This document shows, one piece after another, positions 27,529 through 35,622 of a DNA stretch of 64,000 bases. The stretch lies in the IMG/VR virus record IMGVR_UViG_3300020366_000001, positions 96,001-160,000 of that record; one strand, written 5' to 3'. Position 1 is the first letter of the stretch. Each line of letters opens with the position of its first letter. This DNA comes from a virus. Lineage: Duplodnaviria; Caudoviricetes. Both the position numbers and the translations under genes were made by a program. The notes under the pieces were generated by a model. It had not been told where the DNA came from, did not search any database, and was given only the letters and a program-made list of their open reading frames with translations.

Positions 27529-27736
27529 AGTCGTAGTTTGTTCCATACTCGCGGTTACATCCATCACAAATTTGTTTAAGGGTAGGATCTTCCTTGGGTT
27601 TGGGTACAGCACCACGCTCACGCAGTTGACGCCAGGTATATACTGGACCGTGGTCACGTTGTGCACGATAGAATGGTTCTAGTGCAGCAGCGTCCTTCAC
27701 TGACAGTGTGTGACGTGGTGGGAGTGTTCCTTGCAA
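27476..27736 (-). CDS. Hypothetical protein (86 aa)
   Basis: Directly behind a promoter element; TTG start. Confidence 0.6.
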   Translation of the reverse strand: MQGTLPPRHTLSVKDAAALEPFYRAQRDHGPVYTWRQLRERGAVPKPKEDPTLKQICDGCNREYGTNYDYDTIFGKKDTNPTDNSV

Positions 27737-27757
27737 TACTAGGTTGCGAATGACATT

Positions 27758-27814
27758 ATTATACCATTAAAAAGAGGGGTAGAACCCCTCGTGTGCCACT
27801 TTTTCAATTGGCTT
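27758..27814 (-). promoter_or_regulatory. Early promoter element with an embedded intrinsic terminator
   Basis: AAGCCA-N10-TGGCACA, then GAGGGG-TTCTA-CCCCTC-TTTTT, then TATAAT (28 nt spacing). Confidence 0.75.
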
Positions 27815-28049
27815 TTCGGATCTTTTCTAGTAGTGAATCCGCAATTTGTTGTTGTCGCTGTCGATATTGGTGTCGTTTGGTGTTATCTGTACTCTGATTG
27901 AACTTCAGTTGTGTCATCTGTTCAGCAAACATATGCTTGTAAGTGAGAATCATCTCTTTAAGATAACCTCTCTCTTCCAGAGTGGTATTGATATCCCTAA
28001 AGACATTACAATCAACGGTGTGTTTTGAAGGTAGAGAGTGAGCGCCCAT
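27804..28049 (-). CDS. Hypothetical protein (81 aa)
   Basis: Last ORF before the terminator of the fibre operon. Confidence 0.6.
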   Translation of the reverse strand: MGAHSLPSKHTVDCNVFRDINTTLEERGYLKEMILTYKHMFAEQMTQLKFNQSTDNTKRHQYRQRQQQIADSLLEKIRKAN

Positions 28050-28076
28050 AATAATGTTCAGGATGTTAGTAGTATA

Positions 28077-31000
28077 TCACGATTGAGTGAACGTTTGCAA
28101 CTCCTGCGTTACAGCATTGAAGGTACCAAGGTTAGTAATATCGTTGACCTTAACACTTCCTGCAGGAACATTAAGCATTGTAGTAGCATTTACTGCTCCA
28201 TAGAAGAACCTAGTGCCATCTCTATACGGATCGTTACTTGATCCTGGTTCTGCTTGGTTAATCTCAAGAGCATACATCGACTGACCAGTGATGTTAATTG
28301 ATGTATCTCTTTCATCCCAAACAACAGACAGAGGACCAACTGTATGATATGCTGCCTGCTTCTTAGACAGATCCATTGGTAACTTAGCAGTCAACAGATG
28401 TCTATCATTAGGTGTACCAGAGTTAGCAGCATTCATTGAGAACATCAGCGTGCCATACTGGTGACCCAGCACTGCAACACCTGCAGGTTCAGTGATACCA
28501 CTGGTGCTCAACTTACCAATCCTGGTGATATTACAACCAGTCACACTCTTATTGTGTGCAGCACTCACGTTACCGTGAACACTCTGCGCAATTACACCAG
28601 CAGTGGTGATTTCACAGATGTAGGTGTCAAGTTGGTTGAACTGGTTGGTGATAGATGCGACAGCGTAGAGTTTGTCCTGAGATACCTCGTGGGGATTAAA
28701 TCTATGGTGTGCATAGGTAGACTGAGATATGCCACCTTGACCAAAACCAGTATCATTGAAATAATAATGCTCAAATTCAGTATTTAATGCAAAATCCTGA
28801 ATTCCAGGAACTTCATTATGTCCCCAAACTATGTCTTTGATGGTATCTGCACCACTACTATTATTGATAGTGAAACTAGAGAAGGAGTGTGGACGGTTAC
28901 TAACAGTGTTGGTGAATGAAGGGAATGCATTAGTTGCATCCCACGTATCATTAGCAACGATGATAATACCGTTAGTATCACCTGCTTGAGTTTCAGATCC
29001 AGAGACAGCGTAGGTGCAACCACCTTCCGCAGCATTATTTCCTGAACCTCTCATCACATTGCCAATACCCTTACGCCACTTAAACTTATTAAGTTGCAAG
29101 TCGTCACCAATAATATATCCACGACCATAACCACCAGCGCTACTACCCATTACGTTGGCACTTGTATCAACTGAGAAGAATCCGTACATACCACGGGTAG
29201 TATTACCAGTGGAATCGTAGGTTTTACCAGCGTAACCAACCTTGATAGAGTTAGTACCACCACCGCCAGGACTACGTTCTTCGAGAGCAGTATCAATACC
29301 AAAGATACCATCAACAGCATTACCTGCTTGTGAACCACCAAGAGCAAACTGAACATTATTAAGTGTGGTGGCAAGCGGTGTAGCAAGACCAGTATCTGTA
29401 CCAGCAACTTGTAGTCTGATACCCACAACCTCTGCCATTTGTGTTGATTGCCCACCACTTTCTTGGGTGAAGTGACCACCAACAAACAAGACACCTGCAC
29501 TAGGTGAGTTCAACTCAACAGAAACACAGTGTGCTTGGAAGTTAGCAGGTGCGCTGCCAATATAAGTGGAGTTACTTTCAGTAATCTCGTAATCCCATTG
29601 ATAATTCAGATCTTTGTCATAACATACAATATAACCTAAACCATAGTTATTACCACCTGTAGTGTTGGCAGTCCAACCCACACAATAGATGTTACCATAT
29701 GGATCAACATCAATACCTTTAGGATATGTGTTGTATCCAGTGTGATATGCACGTGCTTCAATACCACCAGTAGGACCGTGCCTGGTGAGAACTTGTGTTC
29801 TCAGTCCAGTGTTACCATCCCAATACTGTGATAATGTGAGCAAACCATTAGGCACCTCTTGCTTATCAATTCGTGCAGCATTAGGTTGTCCCGCAACACC
29901 GTGAAGTTGGTGATTACTAGGGTTAGCATTACTATAATCTAATTGTGCATTGTCAGTTGCAACTGACTGATCCACATACAAATGACACGGGCAAGATGCA
30001 ATTGCTTCAATTCTTGTATCAAATTCGTTCTCAGTCTGCTCAGCATATGACTGTAAGAACATACTTGATGTAGTTCTACGATCAGCACGATCCCATTGTC
30101 TATTCTGTGTGCTATCTAACTGCACATTTTGTGTTGGTGCAGACCACAAATACCTATTCTGATAGGTACCAGTGTCAAGTGTGACCAATCTAGAAGGACT
30201 GATAGATGTAGTTGCTTGATAGTTATTGATTGTAGTAGGTGCAGCAGTCGAAGAAGGATCAGTCGCAGAGCTGATGTCTGTGTTCCACAGAGTACAAGTG
30301 CGGAGAAGTTTATACTTCTCAAGACCACTATTATCATTGTTAGTTGCGTTCAGATCATACACAACTTCATCCCAACAACGTACGATGGTTGCAGGAGTGT
30401 AGTCAAAGTTGATATCAATGTATGTTCCTGATGCATCAGTGACTTCAATAGGACCAACTAAATCACCATTATGAGGCAGTTTAAAGATTGTATTTCTAAC
30501 AAAGTGACCCGAAGATCCAACGTTGTTAGAACTCACATAACGTGCAGTAACAATCATATTGTTAAATGCGTCAAAATTGATGCTGTCTAACAGGACACCA
30601 CCATCTTGCTCCATTGCATAATAATATCCAGGAGTATTAGGCACTGGATTGAATGCATCTCCAGGTTTTCTACCAGGAGTTCCAGCTCTAATCTCTCTAA
30701 TATAATCTACAGTGCCATCAAACTCAATCTTAGCAATGAAACCAATGTAATTTGCCTTTGACTCATAGTTATTGCCACTAGTATTGTCATAACCATCAGC
30801 ATTACGTGCACCAATAACATTACCAATGACGTAAATGCCATTGCTAAACACTTTACTATCAGTGACTTGAATGTCATTACCAGCGAAGTTTACACCTTCG
30901 CGATAGTACATATCACTACCAATACCAGTCTCACTGGTGTCATAACCACAGTTATTACCATCCCTAACATACATCTTAGGAATAGTAAAGAATGATCTCA

Positions 31001-32465
31001 CCCAATCGAGAGCATTAGTGGCAATATTCTTTTTCTGTACCTGTACAAAGTTAGTATGTCTACCAATCTTCCAGTGGTGGTTGTCTGCAGTTCTCGAAGA
31101 AATAACATTTCCAAGATTAACAGTAGGACCAGGAGTTAGACCAGCAGTTGTCACATACTCATAGGTAGTGCCAGGTGCAGGTTCTTTCTCTACCTTACAC
31201 ACCTTAACAGGTGCTTGATTAATTAAATCATAATATGTGAAATCATAATCAGTAGTATTCCAATCATATCTGATGTATGAAGCAGTGCAATCAGTCTGTG
31301 TGTTGCCTGGGTCTCCAGTGTCAAAGAACTGATAGTATACAGGGTTACCTTGAATAGTAGAGACTGACTGATCCCTCATATTGCGAGCTTTGTTGGTCAT
31401 AGACCAAGGAATCACCAGTTTGCCATTGACATCAATTGCCATTCTGACATTCTGATCCCATCCACCAGGATAAACTAGTTCTCTTGATTGAATAGCAACT
31501 CCATCAAACGGAATTCGTAGAAGATGGAATGTAGATCTAGTGTTAGAGAGATCCGTACCACTGGCATTAGCAGCAACCCCAATATAAAATTGTGAATTGC
31601 TCTGATCAATAACAATATTACTAGTACATTGCGGACGACCACCAAAATGAGGACCATCAGTTGCTAATGCTTCGTGTACACCAAGAGCTCCAGACTTGTT
31701 CACACCAAGAGTCTTAACATTATCACTCTCCGCCAATTCAACAGAGCGGTGTCCACTACCATTTAAGTCTACTGCTACGTGAGCAAGAACTGATGCGTCA
31801 GTAAGGCTATTAACACTCGTGAAAGCTGCCAATCTAGGAGCGCTACGAACCATCTTAAGATCACTAGCACCCGTCAGTGATCTCATTTCATATGCTTGGT
31901 TTGCTCTGTTCTCAAAAATATTTGAGAACGTAGCACCACTAGAACTCATCGTGTTAATAGAGCTACGATAAGATGCCGTGTTTGTCGTAGTGTATTGATT
32001 CTCCCAGATTCGTGTTCCAGATGAACTAAACTTGATAAAGCGATAAACAGCGTCAGTTGTAGTGTCGTTGTAGGCGGAGTTGGAATCATTATTACGTTTA
32101 TTATTATATGCTGTTCCGTTCGCAAGGTTCGTGGTCTCTACCACACAAATAAAAATGCTATTATCTGACGTGTTACACGCCAACGCACAAGGGAAAACGT
32201 TCTTCGCTGTGGAAATAGTATACTGCCACGAGATAGCACCGATTGCACCAAACTTTGCAACGATGACATTATACATCCCCGTCAGATTATTCATCTGACC
32301 ATTGAGTGTATACACATCACCAGAGGATGACGTAGCAACATCAAACATACCAGATGGTTTTCTATAACTGGTATCGTTTTTAGTTGCTTGACTGTTTTCT
32401 AATAGGGTATAGAAATTGCCGCCGCCACCCGACGACATCATCCCTTTCGCTGCAAATAATGGCAT
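28077..32465 (-). CDS. Large beta-rich (propeller-like) putative adhesin/receptor-binding protein (1462 aa)
   Basis: Repeated D.YGNIY.VG / K....G...W blades; N-terminal MPLFAAKGMMSSGGGG; follows a fibre gene. Confidence 0.7.
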   Translation of the reverse strand: MPLFAAKGMMSSGGGGNFYTLLENSQATKNDTSYRKPSGMFDVATSSSGDVYTLNGQMNNLTGMYNVIVAKFGAIGAISWQYTISTAKNVFPCALACNTSDNSIFICVVETTNLANGTAYNNKRNNDSNSAYNDTTTDAVYRFIKFSSSGTRIWENQYTTTNTASYRSSINTMSSSGATFSNIFENRANQAYEMRSLTGASDLKMVRSAPRLAAFTSVNSLTDASVLAHVAVDLNGSGHRSVELAESDNVKTLGVNKSGALGVHEALATDGPHFGGRPQCTSNIVIDQSNSQFYIGVAANASGTDLSNTRSTFHLLRIPFDGVAIQSRELVYPGGWDQNVRMAIDVNGKLVIPWSMTNKARNMRDQSVSTIQGNPVYYQFFDTGDPGNTQTDCTASYIRYDWNTTDYDFTYYDLINQAPVKVCKVEKEPAPGTTYEYVTTAGLTPGPTVNLGNVISSRTADNHHWKIGRHTNFVQVQKKNIATNALDWVRSFFTIPKMYVRDGNNCGYDTSETGIGSDMYYREGVNFAGNDIQVTDSKVFSNGIYVIGNVIGARNADGYDNTSGNNYESKANYIGFIAKIEFDGTVDYIREIRAGTPGRKPGDAFNPVPNTPGYYYAMEQDGGVLLDSINFDAFNNMIVTARYVSSNNVGSSGHFVRNTIFKLPHNGDLVGPIEVTDASGTYIDINFDYTPATIVRCWDEVVYDLNATNNDNSGLEKYKLLRTCTLWNTDISSATDPSSTAAPTTINNYQATTSISPSRLVTLDTGTYQNRYLWSAPTQNVQLDSTQNRQWDRADRRTTSSMFLQSYAEQTENEFDTRIEAIASCPCHLYVDQSVATDNAQLDYSNANPSNHQLHGVAGQPNAARIDKQEVPNGLLTLSQYWDGNTGLRTQVLTRHGPTGGIEARAYHTGYNTYPKGIDVDPYGNIYCVGWTANTTGGNNYGLGYIVCYDKDLNYQWDYEITESNSTYIGSAPANFQAHCVSVELNSPSAGVLFVGGHFTQESGGQSTQMAEVVGIRLQVAGTDTGLATPLATTLNNVQFALGGSQAGNAVDGIFGIDTALEERSPGGGGTNSIKVGYAGKTYDSTGNTTRGMYGFFSVDTSANVMGSSAGGYGRGYIIGDDLQLNKFKWRKGIGNVMRGSGNNAAEGGCTYAVSGSETQAGDTNGIIIVANDTWDATNAFPSFTNTVSNRPHSFSSFTINNSSGADTIKDIVWGHNEVPGIQDFALNTEFEHYYFNDTGFGQGGISQSTYAHHRFNPHEVSQDKLYAVASITNQFNQLDTYICEITTAGVIAQSVHGNVSAAHNKSVTGCNITRIGKLSTSGITEPAGVAVLGHQYGTLMFSMNAANSGTPNDRHLLTAKLPMDLSKKQAAYHTVGPLSVVWDERDTSINITGQSMYALEINQAEPGSSNDPYRDGTRFFYGAVNATTMLNVPAGSVKVNDITNLGTFNAVTQELQTFTQS

Positions 32466-32468
32466 TTA

Positions 32469-33386
32469 TCAGAACTCCTGACCAGAAGTGAACCCGTAGT
32501 AAATAGTACCGCCGTTAAATGTGGTGAACAAGAAAATATCAGTTGCGTTAGGGTTAGTAGATACTGTAGGTACCACACTACCTGCCCACTTAACAGTACG
32601 ACCCACAAAGTTACTTAGGTCAACAGTTCTACCGCCAACTCCATCTTGTGTCAACACCAGAATAAAACTAGTTGATGCTGCTGCTTGCTCACCAGTGAGT
32701 GTAAAACCAGTGATGTTTTCAGACAATGTAATAGTGAAGATTGTTGCTCCTCTTACATCGAGACTAACAACTCCACTACTAATGCTCTCTGCCATCACTT
32801 CCTCAGAATATGCTGGGACGTGCAGTCTAGCAGGACCACTACCTTCTAAGAATTTGAATACATCTGCTTGCTCATCATAGAGCATCTTAGTATTGAGTGC
32901 AGTACCACGCTCAATCTCAATACCAGCAGATGCATCAGAGTGCTGAATGCCAGCACCAGTTTCACCACTGTTCAACACAATCGTGTTGTCAGAGATAGTG
33001 GTGTTCGTAGTGTTTACAGTCGTCGTCGTCCCTGAGACCGTAAGATCGCCAGTGATAGTAGCGTTTGGAGCAGTAAGAGTGTTACTAGAAGCGTCATAAC
33101 TAAATCCTGACTCGCCTCCAAATCCAGTGCCTGTTTTATATTGAATTTGTCCGTCTGCATCTCCACCAGAGGCAGACTCAGTTCCTCGTGCTAAGTATTC
33201 CCAACTGCTGTGAAGAACATTGTTAGTTGACGGGGCGTTTCCCGTAGTATTGGCAATACAAATATAAGCAGAGGTAGTAGCACCATCATAATGACTAACG
33301 GCGTCATCTACTTCATAGGCAGTACCAGCATTGTACGTGCCTCTCCACTTGATTTTAATCTTGCCTACATCGATTGTAAGAGCCAT
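32469..33386 (-). CDS. Tail fibre/adaptor protein, paralogue B (305 aa)
   Basis: IDVGKIK..W.G...Y..DD.V N-terminus; WAG..PT...D...TFNGG C-terminus. Confidence 0.8.
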   Translation of the reverse strand: MALTIDVGKIKIKWRGTYNAGTAYEVDDAVSHYDGATTSAYICIANTTGNAPSTNNVLHSSWEYLARGTESASGGDADGQIQYKTGTGFGGESGFSYDASSNTLTAPNATITGDLTVSGTTTTVNTTNTTISDNTIVLNSGETGAGIQHSDASAGIEIERGTALNTKMLYDEQADVFKFLEGSGPARLHVPAYSEEVMAESISSGVVSLDVRGATIFTITLSENITGFTLTGEQAAASTSFILVLTQDGVGGRTVDLSNFVGRTVKWAGSVVPTVSTNPNATDIFLFTTFNGGTIYYGFTSGQEF

Positions 33387-33420
33387 TTAACTCAATTGGG
33401 TACTTGTTCTCTTTTGTTAT

Positions 33421-34368
33421 TTAGGGTCTGACAAATGCTATTAGCCCGCCACCACCGCGACCACCATTGGATCCACCACGTCCGACGTTAGATCTCCAAT
33501 AGGTGTTACCAGTCTGTGGAGCATTGCCTCCATTGCCACCTCTAACCGTGGTGCCATTGTCAACACTTCCAATATATCCAGATCCTCCGCCACCGCCGCC
33601 AGGTCCAGAGTTGCTACCACCGCCACCGCCGTAGTAACCTCCTCCACCACCAGCGCCTGATCCAGTGCCATTGCCACCATTGAATGCAGAACCAGTACCA
33701 GCACCGCCAGGAGCAGCACCACCACCAGATTGACTACCGCCAGATCCACCACGACCAGTAGCATTACTAGCACTGCCGCCTGAATCACCGCCACCGCCAC
33801 CACCAGTTGCAGTGTCACCTGATCCACCACCGCCGCCACCAGCAACGATGATAGCAGCACTAGTGTTTGTACTACTGCCTTCATAAATTGCAGTCAAACC
33901 ACCGCCACCTGCGCCATCAAATTGACTGCTAGTTGTGCCACCAGCGTGACCACCACCAGTATTCTTCGCATTATATCCAGTGTTGTTGCCAGGACTTTGA
34001 CTACCGCCCTCACCAGCACCACCAACATAAATCTGATACGAGACACCTGCTTGGAAAATGTATGTTCCAGTGGAGTATCCACCTCCACCACCAGTCTGTC
34101 CACCAGATCTCTTGGTGCCACCACCACCTGCACCCCACATATGAATTTGGAGCGCAATGTCACGATCAACAGTGAAAGTTATGTTATGCCACCCAGTACC
34201 ACCATTACCATTCTCTGCATCGAGAATATAATTTAAACCAGGACTGATATTGTATGATGCATTATGCTGACCGCTAAACGAAAGTTGAGCAGACGTAGAA
34301 ATAGGTGCACCTCCTCCACCAGAGGAAGATGAAGCAATAATACCCTTGGACCAACCAATAGGACTCAT
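33421..34368 (-). CDS. Glycine-rich adhesin-like protein (315 aa)
   Basis: WGAGGGG, GGGGGY and VAGGGGG polyglycine motifs; ATGA overlap fixes the start MSPIGWSKGII. Confidence 0.8.
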   Translation of the reverse strand: MSPIGWSKGIIASSSSGGGGAPISTSAQLSFSGQHNASYNISPGLNYILDAENGNGGTGWHNITFTVDRDIALQIHMWGAGGGGTKRSGGQTGGGGGYSTGTYIFQAGVSYQIYVGGAGEGGSQSPGNNTGYNAKNTGGGHAGGTTSSQFDGAGGGGLTAIYEGSSTNTSAAIIVAGGGGGGSGDTATGGGGGGDSGGSASNATGRGGSGGSQSGGGAAPGGAGTGSAFNGGNGTGSGAGGGGGYYGGGGGSNSGPGGGGGGSGYIGSVDNGTTVRGGNGGNAPQTGNTYWRSNVGRGGSNGGRGGGGLIAFVRP

Positions 34369-35618
34369 TGAAAGTCTGTGCCTCCTACGAAACCAAGCCA
34401 ATTACTGCCACCATTGAAGGTTGACAGTGTAATAACATCTATTCTACCAGCAGTTGATGTCATTGTGGGAGATGTACCACCTGCCCACGCAGTGTTAGCA
34501 GGCCACGCAACGTTGTATGAACCATTTGATGTCATCACAAATGTCAATGACACAGCACGTGCACCTGCTGGCAAAGTAATGTTAAACGCAGTAATAATAT
34601 CATTACGAGTAACACTAAACACAGATCCTGTCGTAGCATCAATGTTTAGATTGCCGCTGCCATCGATAGCAGCACTAACATTTGCTTCATCAAAACAACC
34701 ATTGATTCTAAATGGTGTATTGATGGTGGTCATACTTTCAGTGATCTGGAGTTTATTTGCTCCAATAAGATCAAAATCAATACTAGGTGCAGAAGTATGT
34801 TTATTGTCAAACGTAACTGCACCACCGTCATTCTCCATAGTGAATGGATCAGTACGGAGAGAATTCTTATGTAAATGAATACCAGACTTCTGTGCAGCAG
34901 AAGTGTTGGGCATCACTTCAATATATGTACCATTCGCAGTGGAATGATCAGATCTAAATCGTGCAACAATGTCATCATTGCCTGCACTAGAAGTTGATCT
35001 AACATCTAAACGAGTAGCAGGAACTGAAGTACCAATACCTACACGATCAGTTGTGTTATCAAAGACTAAACCATTTGTCTTAACTGCAAGACTAGTGCTA
35101 GCAGCAAGATCAGTAACAGAAATTGTTGCTGGCAGTCTAGCATTACTAACAGTACCACTAGTAACTTGCTCAGCAGCAATATTAAAAGTTAGTTGATTAG
35201 CACCCTCAAAGAATGCAGTTGCACGAACACTACCAGTGACATCAACATCATATGTGGTAGAAGTACCAGTAACAGCAATAGATGGGACAGTCATCAAATC
35301 CGTAGAAGGATCATATGTAAATGCTGTCTCACCACCTAGTGACAATCCATTCTTATACTGAATTTGATTGGATGCTGTGCCCCCAGGTTGCAAACCACCA
35401 GCAAGACCACCAGCAGCAAATAGATTCCAATAATTTGTATCTACTGTGCCAGTAACTGAAGGTGGTTGATTGGTGTGTCCCGCGACACAAATGTACGAAC
35501 TAACAGTGGACCCATCGTCATACCATACTAGGTCATCCACCACATAATCGGTGGAACTTGACCAGTTACCTGTCCAGGTAAGCTTGATCTTACCTACATC
35601 GATGAAAAATTGTGACAT
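34365..35618 (-). CDS. Tail fibre/adaptor protein, paralogue A (417 aa)
   Basis: Same N- and C-terminal domains as 32469-33386; RVGIGT..P fibre motif. Confidence 0.8.
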   Translation of the reverse strand: MSQFFIDVGKIKLTWTGNWSSSTDYVVDDLVWYDDGSTVSSYICVAGHTNQPPSVTGTVDTNYWNLFAAGGLAGGLQPGGTASNQIQYKNGLSLGGETAFTYDPSTDLMTVPSIAVTGTSTTYDVDVTGSVRATAFFEGANQLTFNIAAEQVTSGTVSNARLPATISVTDLAASTSLAVKTNGLVFDNTTDRVGIGTSVPATRLDVRSTSSAGNDDIVARFRSDHSTANGTYIEVMPNTSAAQKSGIHLHKNSLRTDPFTMENDGGAVTFDNKHTSAPSIDFDLIGANKLQITESMTTINTPFRINGCFDEANVSAAIDGSGNLNIDATTGSVFSVTRNDIITAFNITLPAGARAVSLTFVMTSNGSYNVAWPANTAWAGGTSPTMTSTAGRIDVITLSTFNGGSNWLGFVGGTDFQ

Positions 35619-35622
35619 TGCT

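Noticed and set aside
24935-27798. TGGCAC as a sigma54 -24 box
   Set aside because: No TTGC at -12, cyanobacteria lack sigma54, and it occupies the same position as TGTCCAC in the dyad element.
17094-27814. Repeated elements as a CRISPR array or integron attC sites
   Set aside because: Repeats are degenerate and unevenly spaced, each is tied to a -10 box, there is no GTTRRRY/RYYYAAC core pair, and there is no cas or integrase gene in the window.
33421-34368. Gly-rich ccaccgccacc runs as a DNA repeat or DGR variable region
   Set aside because: Explained by polyglycine coding; no template repeat or reverse transcriptase is seen.
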